A stretch of 64,000 bases of DNA from Chloroflexota bacterium (GCA_027623195.1 JAQBUT010000005.1:1-64000), one strand, 5' to 3'. Shown: positions 1 through 10,667, counted from the first letter of the stretch. The notes: generated by a model from the sequence alone, not told the origin. Translations and numbers: made by a program.

Positions 1-180
1 TTATTTCTGTCATTTTAGGAGCGGGACTCTCTCTTAGCTACCTGTCTAAAAAACCGATACCACCTCACATATCGTCCCATCACAGGCCATCCACAAGCTA
101 CTAAGTTGGGAGGAGAAAAAGAGATTCCGTGCATACTTTCGGATTGGAAACTATCACCCCACAGGGCCCTTCAAGTTAAG

Positions 181-1443
181 CTAAGGGCGTTCGTTCTCCA
201 GCCTTTCGAGTATGTCCAAGAATTCTTGATACGAGGATACCCGTGAAACAGTGCTGAGGAAAGTTCCAACGTCCGGCATGTGAGAACGAAGCCTGCTCAA
301 CTGATCTCCAATGGGGCTCACGGACGCCGCAGTATCTGCGTACGTACCGTAGAACGCGAAGTATGCCTGATTCAATTTTCGGATTGCATAGCCATTGTCG
401 ACAAAGAGTTGCCTACGCACTTCCATATACTGTTCTGCGTCCTCAACCTGTCCCGCCTCAAGAAACTCGTCCACTTTGAGTCGAGTTTCCCGCATCTCAC
501 GACTAAAGTTAAAGACCTGATCTGCCTCATCGTTTTCTATCGATTGATCGATCTCCTCATCTGATTGTGGCGCCACAACCGGGGGCAATTCCCCGCCCAG
601 TAGCACGAAGGCTCGATCACCAATCTCGTCACCTGCGATGGAAGCCACAGTCTCATTCAGAGAAACCATATCACCGTCGTCAAACATGTTCTGACCCAGC
701 GGACGGAAGAACAGGTAATGGTGAAGCCATTCGTGCGCTGTAGCCTGGAATGTCCAATGCATCGGCTGATTCGTTGGAATAGATGCAGGATATGTGGCCA
801 GGCCGCCGATGGTCTCCACCAGCGCAGCCAGGTTGGATTCGGCCAGCAGTTGGCCCTCCACGGCTTCTCGTTCCTGTATTGTCACGTCGGAGCGGAGCAG
901 AACGTCGTGTGTCCTCTCGATACGGTCCCGAGGCGAAGTGATGAGCAGTTTGGGAGGATCCCCCAATCGGATGTCGACAGGCGGGAAGATGAACTCACCC
1001 ACGGAGGAAAGCCCCTCTTCCACCAGTACGAAACTAATGCCGCCCTCAATGGTCTCCTCAACGTCTAACGCTAACGAGTCCCGCTCAGAATTTGCGTCCG
1101 TAAGCCGCAACTGAAGGTCGTTTCTTGTCTCCACATCTTCGGCGGCCGCGGCATTGGCAAGGTCTCTGGAAAGCTCTCGGACCTCCAGCCCCAGTTGGAA
1201 GTACTGGTGCATTTGCGCCAGGCTTTCCTCTTGGCCCTGGTCTCCGGGAAACGCCTGGCCCAGGCGGTGCGTCCACTTGCTTAGGAAATTACGGAACTCC
1301 CATTGGACGATGTTATACATGTATGGCGAAGCAACCACTTGCGCTGGATTCAGGTAGTGCCCACTGTTGTCCATAGAAAGCAGCAGTAGGCCGATGGCCG
1401 TCCAAACGGTCCATAGCCGAATTCTGAGGAAAAGTTGTTTCAT
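181..1443 (-). CDS. Membrane-anchored hypothetical protein with HEXXH zinc-metallopeptidase-like motif
   Basis: Long ORF (track start 1485; ATG 1443 preferred); N-terminal hydrophobic segment; AHEWLHH followed by NETVA. Confidence 0.65.
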   Translation of the reverse strand: MKQLFLRIRLWTVWTAIGLLLLSMDNSGHYLNPAQVVASPYMYNIVQWEFRNFLSKWTHRLGQAFPGDQGQEESLAQMHQYFQLGLEVRELSRDLANAAAAEDVETRNDLQLRLTDANSERDSLALDVEETIEGGISFVLVEEGLSSVGEFIFPPVDIRLGDPPKLLITSPRDRIERTHDVLLRSDVTIQEREAVEGQLLAESNLAALVETIGGLATYPASIPTNQPMHWTFQATAHEWLHHYLFFRPLGQNMFDDGDMVSLNETVASIAGDEIGDRAFVLLGGELPPVVAPQSDEEIDQSIENDEADQVFNFSREMRETRLKVDEFLEAGQVEDAEQYMEVRRQLFVDNGYAIRKLNQAYFAFYGTYADTAASVSPIGDQLSRLRSHMPDVGTFLSTVSRVSSYQEFLDILERLENERP

Positions 1444-1593
1444 GCTAATATCAGTCTGTCCAGACCTTCTGCCAAACGAATTCACACTATTGTAAACGGC
1501 GCAGCCTCCATACCGGTCACGGCAGCAGGTCCGCCAATTTACGATCTGCCGGGTAAAGCTAAACGCATTGAAGCCTAAAACTGGAGAGATTGA

Positions 1594-2580
1594 ATGAAGA
1601 AATCACTTTGCATTATGGGTTGCGGAGGGTACGCCAAGACCGTTCTTAATGAAATCAGCGACATGACCGACCTTTTCGATTTCCATTTCGCCAGTCGAGA
1701 CAAGGATAAGGCCAGGGCCTACAACAGTGAATTCGGCGGCGTGGGCTACTTCGGCAGCTACGAGGAGGCGGCAGCGGACCCGAATATAGACGCCATGTAC
1801 TTCTTCACACCGCACCACGTGCACCTGGAGAATGCCACATTAGCTGCCGGCAACTCCAAGCATATCCTGATGGAGAAGCCGGTGGCCAGAAGCCTGGATG
1901 AAGCCCGGAAGCTCATCCAGGTGGCGAGGGACGCCGACGTAAGGCTCATGGTTGCAGAGAATTTCCGATTCCTGCCATCAATTGAGCGCTCCAAGGCCAT
2001 CATTGAGGCGGGCAACATAGGACGACTGCGGCAGATTCAAATGGACGCTGAGAGCTTTGGCGCGCCCGCAGAGTGGCGAAACGACGCTAGCCTTACAGGC
2101 GGAGGAGTCTTCATCGACGGGGGTATACATTACGTGGATGCCATGATGGCTCTGGGAGGGTTTCCAATCGGTGTTTACGCCGTTAAGCCACCCCAGGTGC
2201 ACCGCAAATCGCAAGGGGAGGATGGCCTGGCCATGATCGCACGGCTTCCGCACGGCGTCGTGGGTCTGCTCAACTTCTCCAGAGCTACGCCGCTAGAAAC
2301 TCCACGATATGAGATCAAGATCACAGGCAGCGAGGGGACATTGAGCTTCAACCCCACGGGCAAGGAAATCGTATTTCATTCGTCCGTAGCCAGAAGAATC
2401 GTTCGCTTGCAAGAGGCCAGACGAGGTCTCAGACCTATGCTTAAGGAATTCCATGCCAGCATATCGGAGGGTAGAGAGCCTTCTTTGTCCGGCGAAGAAG
2501 CTCTTAAGGCGCTGGCCATAGTTATGGCGGCGTACAGGTCTGCTGACGAAGGCGGCGAGGTTTTGTTGGACCCGGTTTAG
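1594..2580 (+). CDS. Gfo/Idh/MocA family oxidoreductase
   Basis: GCGGYA Rossmann motif, MEKP, GGGVFIDGGIHYVD; GGAGA RBS. Confidence 0.9.
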   Translation: MKKSLCIMGCGGYAKTVLNEISDMTDLFDFHFASRDKDKARAYNSEFGGVGYFGSYEEAAADPNIDAMYFFTPHHVHLENATLAAGNSKHILMEKPVARSLDEARKLIQVARDADVRLMVAENFRFLPSIERSKAIIEAGNIGRLRQIQMDAESFGAPAEWRNDASLTGGGVFIDGGIHYVDAMMALGGFPIGVYAVKPPQVHRKSQGEDGLAMIARLPHGVVGLLNFSRATPLETPRYEIKITGSEGTLSFNPTGKEIVFHSSVARRIVRLQEARRGLRPMLKEFHASISEGREPSLSGEEALKALAIVMAAYRSADEGGEVLLDPV

Positions 2581-3278
2581 CCTCGGAACAGCGACAGGAA
2601 GCGGTCCTGGTAGTAATCAAATAGGCCCCATCTGTCCAGTTCCAGCTTGAGAATATCCGAATTTCCAGACCCGTTCTCTGCATCCCTGAACATGCGCTCA
2701 ACCTCTTGAGTAGCAGCCCTCGGGACCCCACCGTAGACGGGATTAGGTTCCAAGAGACCACGCGACTTGAACTCTTGCATGTTCTTGCCGGCGGATGATG
2801 ACGTGAACTGGTATATGAACTTTAGCAATGCAACGTCCCAATATTCATCGACGCCCACCATTACCACAGCCAAGTCATCTTTGCGCTCATCCAGATCGTC
2901 ACCGATCCTGTTGGCGATTTCGTCTGGGTACCCCGTCACGATCTCTGTGTTATCAGCCTGATTCCGGTACTGGTAGAGCACGCCCGCGCTATTCGAACCA
3001 AAGGTCTGCGACATATACCGCAGGTACTCGTACGCTTCGGAGCTAAATCCTTTAAGGTTCATCGCGTAGTAGGGCGTGACGATTGCAGGTTGCTCGGCTA
3101 TGACACGTCCCGTCCGTATAACACCCTCCTGCCGGCCAGAGTTGAGGTGCTGGTATATAGGTTCCGTTACCACGTAATACGCGACGTTGGTGGTGCCGAA
3201 TGTGGCCAGATGCTGTTTCGGGAACCGGACTATCCACGTCTTTTCGATAGCCCGCATCCAATCCCGTTGACTTTCCAT
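2577..3278 (-). CDS. Hypothetical protein of unknown function
   Basis: Globular-looking ORF of about 233 aa (track start TTG 3299) with an upstream promoter. Confidence 0.75.
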   Translation of the reverse strand: MESQRDWMRAIEKTWIVRFPKQHLATFGTTNVAYYVVTEPIYQHLNSGRQEGVIRTGRVIAEQPAIVTPYYAMNLKGFSSEAYEYLRYMSQTFGSNSAGVLYQYRNQADNTEIVTGYPDEIANRIGDDLDERKDDLAVVMVGVDEYWDVALLKFIYQFTSSSAGKNMQEFKSRGLLEPNPVYGGVPRAATQEVERMFRDAENGSGNSDILKLELDRWGLFDYYQDRFLSLFRG

Positions 3279-3384
3279 TCCTATGGGAATCTCCCTCAAA
3301 AACGCTTATTGCGACGAATTACAGAAAAGGCCTAGGCCAATACACTATATTTCGGACCGAGCCCATACGACATTTGTCGAATTG

Positions 3385-3413
3385 ATGCTAGAGGCAGTCT
3401 AGCCCGGTGTCAA
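3385..3413 (-). promoter_or_regulatory. Sigma70-type promoter
   Basis: Minus strand TTGACA-17 nt-TAGCAT. Confidence 0.55.
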
Positions 3414-3591
3414 GGGAGTCCCCACAACTCGTATACCTATCCAGGTAGTGCTAGTGACCACAGGCTGTAGCTCATTGGACTACAACTGGCTACCGCGGAT
3501 TCATTCCGTAAATGTATGAGACAAGTGGACAAGACGCATGCGCCCGTCCGTTTATGGAATAGATATTAGGCGTGAAACATTAGGAGTAATC

Positions 3592-4302
3592 ATGGTTCAG
3601 CTGGCATCATCGGACAACAACACGACTACGAACGGTTCTTCGAAATCGAAGATACGTGTATTCGTGGTAGACGATCATCTGATCATCCGTAGAGGTCTGT
3701 CCTTGATTGTGCAGGACCAGCATGACATGGTACTTGTGGGCGAGGCCAGCGATGGATGGGAAGCCGTGGATATTATCCAGAACCTCAATCCGGATGTCGT
3801 TCTTATGGACATCGAGTTGCCCGGTATCTCCGGCGTTGAAGCCACGAAGAAAATCAGCGAAAACAACCCCAATACCGCCGTTCTCATACTCACGTCCCAC
3901 GAGCGCGAAGACCTGCTGTTTCAGTCCCTACGAGCGGGCGCGGCCGGATATACCCTCAAGTCTACGGATTCAGACGATCTGATAGCCGCTATCCGAACGG
4001 TGAATGCCGGGGAGGTCTGCATAAGCCCATCCATGGCGACCAAGCTGGTAGGAGACTATCTGGACAGGTCAGGCAGCGCTGAAGGTTCAGACACCTACGG
4101 CAGCTTGAGCACTCGAGAACGCGAGGTTCTGCCGCTGCTAGCCGAGGGCCATAGCCATCAGAACATCGCCGAAAGGCTGCAGGTCAGCCCGTTTACAGTG
4201 CAAACGTACAGACAGCGAATAATGCGAAAGCTAGACATCCACAGCGGCACAGACCTACTCCGATATGCGCTTCGCAAAGGTCTCGTTAGCCTCGAAGCAT
4301 AA
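3592..4302 (+). CDS. NarL/FixJ family response regulator (REC + LuxR HTH)
   Basis: VVDDH, LMDIELP, LSTREREVL..IAERL..TV; AGGAG RBS before ATG 3592. Confidence 0.93.
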   Translation: MVQLASSDNNTTTNGSSKSKIRVFVVDDHLIIRRGLSLIVQDQHDMVLVGEASDGWEAVDIIQNLNPDVVLMDIELPGISGVEATKKISENNPNTAVLILTSHEREDLLFQSLRAGAAGYTLKSTDSDDLIAAIRTVNAGEVCISPSMATKLVGDYLDRSGSAEGSDTYGSLSTREREVLPLLAEGHSHQNIAERLQVSPFTVQTYRQRIMRKLDIHSGTDLLRYALRKGLVSLEA

Positions 4303-4584
4303 GGCCTCTACACGTGGCCTATCGTAAGCAAAAAGTCGATTCCCCACCTCTGAAATGGGCCGCAACAACCCCGTAGCCAGAGCCGGCAGCCAGCGATCGT
4401 TAGCGCGGCGAAAGTATTCTTGCCCGCCTTCCTCCATCCCATGTGACAAGCAAAGCTGACAGAAATGGGATGAATTTCCGAATTGGGCGGTTCAAAACGA
4501 CCAGAACGGTTTAATACATATTCTTAAGGTCAATAATAATCTCATAACGAGACGCAAATCATTGCAGATAAGAGGTTCAGGGAA

Positions 4585-5061
4585 ATGACTACAGCAACAG
4601 CGGAAGCGGCAGCTTCAGAACAACAACTGGTCGTATTCGACCTGGCAACGGAGTCTTACGGCGTCGATATCGGGGCTGTTCGAGAAATCATCCGGATGCA
4701 GGAAATAACTAACGTCCCTCGGACGCCTGAGTTCGTAGAAGGCGTGATTAACCTACGCGGCAAGGTAATACCTGTCGTGGACCTACGCAAACGCTTCGGC
4801 CTTCCAGTAGAAGAGAAGTCATCCGAAAACCGTATTGTCGTAGTAGACATCGGTGGAAATGACATCGGTGTAATCGTGGACGCAGTTAACGAGGTCCTGC
4901 GAATCTTCACCGACTCGGTGGAACCCCCGTCTTCCGTGATAACCACGGCAGATTCCGACTACCTGATGGGCATCGCCAAGGTTGATGACAGGCTGATAAT
5001 CCTGCTGGACCTGGAGAGCGTGCTCTCGGCTGAGGAGCGGGCCATACTGGCGGACGTTTAG
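4585..5061 (+). CDS. cheW: Chemotaxis coupling protein CheW
   Basis: LVVF..YGVDIGAVREII, VP..FVEGVINLRGKVIPVVDLR. Confidence 0.95.
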   Translation: MTTATAEAAASEQQLVVFDLATESYGVDIGAVREIIRMQEITNVPRTPEFVEGVINLRGKVIPVVDLRKRFGLPVEEKSSENRIVVVDIGGNDIGVIVDAVNEVLRIFTDSVEPPSSVITTADSDYLMGIAKVDDRLIILLDLESVLSAEERAILADV

Positions 5062-5085
5062 CCCTCAGACAAACCCGTAACTATA

Positions 5086-5121
5086 GAAAAAGAGCCCCGA
5101 CATAAGTCGGGGCTCTTTTTC
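5086..5121. terminator. Bidirectional intrinsic terminator
   Basis: GAAAAAGAGCCCCGAC-ATAA-GTCGGGGCTCTTTTTC perfect stem between convergent genes. Confidence 0.9.
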
Positions 5122-5151
5122 ATTATTCGCGACGAATTATCGACTACCTTG

Positions 5152-6615
5152 TTATGGCGAGTACCTCTTTTTTCGAACTCTAAGGCCTATCAGGCCCAAA
5201 AGCCCTCCCAGGGTGAACAGTTCAGTTGAGCCGCCGTCCATGGGCACTCCACACGCCCCGCCAGCCGGTTGACCTGCCTGCGCAGGGTCCTCAGGCTCGT
5301 CTGGAGCCTTAGCAACTGCCTCAGAGGTGGCCTGCTGAGCCAAGATAGATGTTGGTTCCGGCTCTGCGGTCGGCGTTGGCTCTTCCACGGCTTCAGGTGT
5401 CGCCGCAGCCCCGGTTTCCCGCAGCGAATCAATGGTGAATAGCTCAATTACAGGCGCAGGTATGGGCGTTGGCAATAGACCGTCAAGGTTCGGAGGTACG
5501 AACTCCGGTGCGCCCAGGGTGTCCCGCCACAGGTTTTCAAGCTCCACCCGACTTACTCCGTAGACCTCCAAAATCGCATCGTCAACGTTGGTGCCGCTTT
5601 TCATAGTTGCCATGAGCTCGCCCATCGTATCTGTGCCGTATTCCGACACCATGAACTGCACGACGCTTCTGGCTTGACCATAGAAGATAATGACATCCTC
5701 GGGGTTGCCAGGCAAAGCCGGCATTGAGGTGATCGGAAGCAACCTATCGTTCGCCAGCGCATACTGCAATGCAATGTCGTAGGAAATGCCAGGCTCAAGG
5801 TTTCCATACTCCGACAAGCCTTCGTCTAGCCACTGCGGCACGTTCCGGAATACGCTGTCCCCCGCCCGATGCGTAAGTATATGAGTCACCTCATGGGCGG
5901 CGGTGCCCCTGGCCTGGTTACCGCTGCCCAACACAAGCAATGTGCCGACGTTCACGAAGGCCTGGCCCTCGGTGACCAGCTCACGTCGGATGGTTGTGCT
6001 ACCCGGCGGCAAGGCATCCAGCATCTCAGGCACATTATTGTAGACCGTTACCCGGATGGGCTCTTCCAAGTCGGCGCCGAGAATCGGACCCATAATGCCG
6101 TTTGTCTCGATGATCGCATCCAATATCGCCTCCGCCCTGCGAAGAACGGGGCCGTGATAGGCTACAGTCACCGCGCCGTCAGAAATCTCATTCCACTGGA
6201 AGCGGACATCCTCGTAGATAAACTCTTCCTGCTCGGTATCTAGCTGATTGCCATCCACATCCGTTATCTCAAAGTTGAATCGTATGATAGTTCCTGGCGG
6301 TATGTATTTGGCGCCGGTACTCGTGCGAAAGAAAAGCTCGGAATCCACTACCTGCCCTGCCTGCTCAAACTCAAGGTAGTTATATTCCCCTCGAGTCTGC
6401 TCTCCAATCCTGAATCGGACGGCGATCTCCTCGATATCGATTTCGGAGCGAGCCTCCAGAAGGAACCTTATACCTGACGGGAACTCGCTGGTCACACTGG
6501 ATGACACAACCTCGATGCCACCTGATTGGGCCATCGCAGCGCCAGTCTGAAACAGCAGCAACCCCGCCGCAGTCGCTATCAATAAGATCCTGATTCTTCC
6601 CAACATCAACCTCAC
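5152..6615 (-). CDS. Secreted peptidase MA-superfamily metalloprotease with C-terminal membrane anchor
   Basis: Signal peptide (AMA), HEVTH and WLDEGLSEY gluzincin motifs, P/T/E linker, C-terminal hydrophobic + basic tail. Confidence 0.8.
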   Translation of the reverse strand: MRLMLGRIRILLIATAAGLLLFQTGAAMAQSGGIEVVSSSVTSEFPSGIRFLLEARSEIDIEEIAVRFRIGEQTRGEYNYLEFEQAGQVVDSELFFRTSTGAKYIPPGTIIRFNFEITDVDGNQLDTEQEEFIYEDVRFQWNEISDGAVTVAYHGPVLRRAEAILDAIIETNGIMGPILGADLEEPIRVTVYNNVPEMLDALPPGSTTIRRELVTEGQAFVNVGTLLVLGSGNQARGTAAHEVTHILTHRAGDSVFRNVPQWLDEGLSEYGNLEPGISYDIALQYALANDRLLPITSMPALPGNPEDVIIFYGQARSVVQFMVSEYGTDTMGELMATMKSGTNVDDAILEVYGVSRVELENLWRDTLGAPEFVPPNLDGLLPTPIPAPVIELFTIDSLRETGAAATPEAVEEPTPTAEPEPTSILAQQATSEAVAKAPDEPEDPAQAGQPAGGACGVPMDGGSTELFTLGGLLGLIGLRVRKKRYSP

Positions 6616-6893
6616 AGGTCGTCACCTATACTTTTCTCAGTAAGATTCTATTCCGGCACCCAGCCTATAAGGCTCTTCCGGCCGAAGTGATTGGGCAGCC
6701 ATGCCCGGTCCGTGTTTTCGGCGCCCCAGCTTAAGGACGTGCTGAAGGAAATTCTCCAACGGCACAGCACCACGAATTATCAGATCTAAAAGGGCGCCCA
6801 ATAAATATTGTAACGTAGCCCAATGAAGACAGGCTATGGGAATCATTGGCATTTTAGTATTGGAGAAGGGGCGATGATGGCTAGACCGAATGG

Positions 6894-7511
6894 TTAGGTC
6901 TGCCCTTCTTCGTTGCGGAGGCTGCGCCAGGTGTGGAAAAGACGCTGGCCAGTGGTAAATAGCGCGAGGGCCGCAATAAGTCCCAAAACGGCTAGCATAA
7001 AAAACGGGACCCAGTGAGCTACGATCAGCCCAATGCCCAGAAGAGCGACCCGTTCTGGACGCGTCATTATGCCGCCTCGATTTTCTATGCCAAGCCCTTC
7101 AGACCGAGCGCGAAGGTAGCTAACCATAACGGAGCAAGTAACGGCCAGGTACACGAGGACAACGCCTGTTGATGACGAGGCACCAAGGTAGTAGATTAGC
7201 AGGCCCAGTAAGACCACGATCTCCGATAGCCTGTCTACGACCGAATCCAGCAGAGCGCCGAACCTCGATGCCCTACCGGTTGCTCTGGCCAGCGCGCCAT
7301 CGAACAGGTCTAGAATGCCAGCCACCAGCATCACTATGCCCCCGACCCAGAGGTTGCCCACGGCGATTATGTATCCACTTATGCCTGCGCCGATTAGCCC
7401 GGCTATGGTAATAGCATTAGGACTGATCCCCATTTTGGCCAATACAGAGGCCACAGGGATTTCAACATATTCGGAAAGAATCTGGCGCGCGGCGGTACGA
7501 GCCTTGTTCAA
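6894..7511 (-). CDS. pgsA: CDP-alcohol phosphatidyltransferase (phosphatidylinositol-phosphate synthase-like)
   Basis: SPNAIT, DLFDGALAR..G..S.FGALLDSVVDR, SYLRARSE, RPER. Confidence 0.88.
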   Translation of the reverse strand: MNKARTAARQILSEYVEIPVASVLAKMGISPNAITIAGLIGAGISGYIIAVGNLWVGGIVMLVAGILDLFDGALARATGRASRFGALLDSVVDRLSEIVVLLGLLIYYLGASSSTGVVLVYLAVTCSVMVSYLRARSEGLGIENRGGIMTRPERVALLGIGLIVAHWVPFFMLAVLGLIAALALFTTGQRLFHTWRSLRNEEGQT

Positions 7512-7577
7512 AAGATAGCCAGTGTGGGAGAGATTACTTTGGGGAGGAACGAAAGAAACATTAGCATATAGCGAGCA

Positions 7578-8723
7578 TTAGGAGATGGCCACTTTGGAAG
7601 ACGGGGTCAAAGTTTCGTAGTATTCGAGGACGCTCCCGGCTACCCTCTCCCACCTGAAGGCCTCGGCCTTTGCCCTGCCGTTGGCGGAGAGAGCAAGTCC
7701 CAGGCTTCTGTTTGAAATTATCCTGGCAATGGCGCCAGCAAGAGCCTCATCATCCTTCGGAGGCACCAGCAGGCCATCCTTCTCATCAGAAATTACACCC
7801 GAGTAGCCTGAAATTCTGGTCGCCACTACCGGCGTTCCGGCAGCCATGGCCTCGAGTAGCACTATCCCAAAGCTTTCCTTACCAGTCGCTGGCGAGCAGA
7901 AGATGTGCGCTGACTTGTAGTAACGAGCCTTGTCTTCCTCAGATACCTTGCCGACGAACTCCACGTCCTGCAGATTGCGCTCGCTTATGATGCGATATGA
8001 CTCTGCATCAGGCTTGCCGGGACCCACCACAAGCAATCGCAACTGGGGATACTCCCACTTGAGTTTGCTGAACGCCCCTAGCAGGTGTTTCAGGCCTTTG
8101 CGCTTTTCCAGACGGCCCACAAACAGCAAGTTTATCTTGCCGTCCTGCAGGTGTGGCAGAGGCTCCGCCTGGTCGAAATCATCCACCTTGATGCCGTTGG
8201 GTATGATTTCGTAATGACCTGGGAATTGTCGGTTGATGAATTCGCGGGCTGACTCCGACACGGCGATGCGGCCCCGCAACTTACGATTGTAAGGAACAGC
8301 CAAGCGCTTGAAGCCCACCTTGTAAAGCCGAGTTCCACCATTGGTGTGGAAGGTACCTATCGCAATAGATGTCATGGGGTTCAACTGACTGAGGACATTG
8401 GCGGTTACTAGCCCGGCAAACGGCTCGTGCAGGTGGATGTAATCGAAGGCCTCCTCATCAAGAAGATGCTTGATTCTGGGACGAAGCCACACGGAAAAGG
8501 AGACTCTGGCAATGGATCCACCACTGGGCACTGGCACCGGACGACCCATGGGAATGAAGTCCTTGTCCTCCACTCGGGATGGATCCGAACACGGGGCGAT
8601 TATCTTGACGGTGTGGCCCCACTGGCGAAACTGACCCGCCAGGCTGTTGATGTGGTCAGGCACACCGCCAAAGAAAGCGTGGTCGTATGGTGATACTAGC
8701 GCTATTTTGGCTGGGCGGTTCAT
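7578..8723 (-). CDS. pimA: GT4 glycosyltransferase, phosphatidylinositol alpha-mannosyltransferase-like
   Basis: SPY..GGV..H, GRPVPVPSGGSIAR, HLHEP, RKG, ESFGIVLLEAMAAG; lies between ino1 and pgsA. Confidence 0.78.
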   Translation of the reverse strand: MNRPAKIALVSPYDHAFFGGVPDHINSLAGQFRQWGHTVKIIAPCSDPSRVEDKDFIPMGRPVPVPSGGSIARVSFSVWLRPRIKHLLDEEAFDYIHLHEPFAGLVTANVLSQLNPMTSIAIGTFHTNGGTRLYKVGFKRLAVPYNRKLRGRIAVSESAREFINRQFPGHYEIIPNGIKVDDFDQAEPLPHLQDGKINLLFVGRLEKRKGLKHLLGAFSKLKWEYPQLRLLVVGPGKPDAESYRIISERNLQDVEFVGKVSEEDKARYYKSAHIFCSPATGKESFGIVLLEAMAAGTPVVATRISGYSGVISDEKDGLLVPPKDDEALAGAIARIISNRSLGLALSANGRAKAEAFRWERVAGSVLEYYETLTPSSKVAIS

Positions 8724-8819
8724 TAATCATACCTCGAAGGTAAGACGTACCCCCCTAAATTTCGCCTTAGGTTGTCCCTACGTCCAAAAGAAATGACAGG
8801 TGGCCGAGCGCCAGAATGC

Positions 8820-9902
8820 CTACTCTTTACCCTGGATGAAGTCCTCAACTCGCTGGCGGGCTTCGTCGTCGGTGTACTGCACCGGCGGCGACTTCATGAA
8901 GTAGGAAGAAGGCCCAAGTATAGGGCCGCTAAGCCCTCTATCCTTGGCAATCTTTGCGCACCTGATGGCGTCTATTACTACCCCGGCGGAGTTAGGGCTA
9001 TCCCATACCTCTAGCTTGAGTTCCACGTTCAAAGGCACATCGCCGAAGGTTGTACCTTCCAGTCGAATGTAGGCCCACTTACGGTCAGAAAGCCACGGCA
9101 CATAGTCGCTGGGGCCAACGTGAACCTGTTCGTCAGGCAGCGCATGATCCATTTGAGAGGTCACAGCCTGCGTCTTGGATACCTTCTTGGAAATGAGACG
9201 TTCCCTCTCCAGCATGTTCAGGAAGTCGGAGTTGCCACCGAAGTTTAGCTGATAGGTGTTGTCCAACTGAACGCCCCTGTCCATGAAGAGCCTGGTCAGC
9301 ACTCGGTGAACGATAGTTGCGCCTACCTGGGACTTAATGTCGTCTCCAATAATAGGGGCTCCTGCCTCTTTAAAACGGCGCTGCCAGTAGTTGCCCTCGC
9401 CGCTGGCGATAAAGACGGGCACACAATTAATGAAGCCACAACCCGCCTGGAGAATTTGCTCGACATACCACTTGGTAGCCTCTTCAGAACCAACAGGCAG
9501 GTAGTTAATTACTACGTCTACCTCTCGCTCCTTAAGAATGCCGACCACGTCGTCTGTAGGACCGGAAGCCTTGGTAATAATTTCAGACATATACTTGCCG
9601 ATGCCGTCGTGAACCATGCCGCGCTGAACCGTCACGCCGGTGTGGGGAACATCGAAGAACCTCTTCGTGTTGTTGGGCGTGGCGTAAATCGCCTCTGAGA
9701 GGTCTTTACCAACTTTGCTGGCGTCCACGTCGAATGCTGCCACAACGTTGATGTCACCAATACCGTATTCACCTAGAACCGGGTGCATCAAACCTGGGAT
9801 ATCCCCAGAATCGTTGGTTACGTTTTCGTACTTATGTATACCCTGAATGAGGGACGAGGCGCAGTTGCCTACCCCTATTATCGCTACATTGATACTTCCC
9901 AA
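8820..9902 (-). CDS. ino1: Myo-inositol-1-phosphate synthase
   Basis: [48 protein letters not shown]. Confidence 0.95.
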   Translation of the reverse strand: MGSINVAIIGVGNCASSLIQGIHKYENVTNDSGDIPGLMHPVLGEYGIGDINVVAAFDVDASKVGKDLSEAIYATPNNTKRFFDVPHTGVTVQRGMVHDGIGKYMSEIITKASGPTDDVVGILKEREVDVVINYLPVGSEEATKWYVEQILQAGCGFINCVPVFIASGEGNYWQRRFKEAGAPIIGDDIKSQVGATIVHRVLTRLFMDRGVQLDNTYQLNFGGNSDFLNMLERERLISKKVSKTQAVTSQMDHALPDEQVHVGPSDYVPWLSDRKWAYIRLEGTTFGDVPLNVELKLEVWDSPNSAGVVIDAIRCAKIAKDRGLSGPILGPSSYFMKSPPVQYTDDEARQRVEDFIQGKE

Positions 9903-10181
9903 ACTGACAAGTCTCCCTTCGTACGAAAACAGTCCGGAACCGCGAGGGCGATGCCTGCTCGGGCTCCTTCACAGAACAATATTCCACTCAAATGAGATTC
10001 ACGGCAGGCCCGATTTTAGCACCTCATTAGCTTCGTAGACAAGCGTTTCCAGTTCACTATACCCGGCGTTGGGTGCGAGGGCATGTTACATGCGTACCAA
10101 TAAACGTTAGTACATCCGTTAGTTCCCTCCTGAAACGAAGGTGCAGATAACTCCAAAGGCCAAAAGTGAGCCTGCGAGGAA

Positions 10182-10667
10182 TCAGACGTTGCCGCCCTCG
10201 AAGCGGGCTATTTCTACGAATTCACCTGCGTCGTCAGACCACGCGAAGAGGGCAGCCTCAACAACTCGCTCGTGGTCTATGCCCACAACTAGCTGTTGCA
10301 CAGGATAAGCCGGTCCGTCACCCCAGGGGCTTGTGGCCACCGAGCGATCTGTCTCAGACAAATATGCCATGCCATTGGGATGGGAGTGGTAGATGATTCG
10401 AGCCGGAATATCGCCATCGAAGCTGCGGTTTAGCTCCAGGAGTTCATCGCCATCAATAACGTAGGCCGTCTCCGAACCTCGCTCCGCCGCTATGGGGTGC
10501 CCACCCCTGTCCTGTTGATTGGCGCAGGGGCGAATGGAATTAACGGCCCCTTCCTCGGCCCCGGCCATCCATCCGCAGCATTCCGCAGGGAAGGCCGCTC
10601 TTGATTCGTGAAAAGCCCTCACCAGCAATTCACGGGGTATGGCTACGGGATCAGGATTTTTGTTCAT
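10182..10667 (-). CDS. JAB/MPN+ (M67, Mec-like) metalloprotease
   Basis: ECCG and YHSHP..AYLSETD JAMM motif. Confidence 0.88.
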   Translation of the reverse strand: MNKNPDPVAIPRELLVRAFHESRAAFPAECCGWMAGAEEGAVNSIRPCANQQDRGGHPIAAERGSETAYVIDGDELLELNRSFDGDIPARIIYHSHPNGMAYLSETDRSVATSPWGDGPAYPVQQLVVGIDHERVVEAALFAWSDDAGEFVEIARFEGGNV

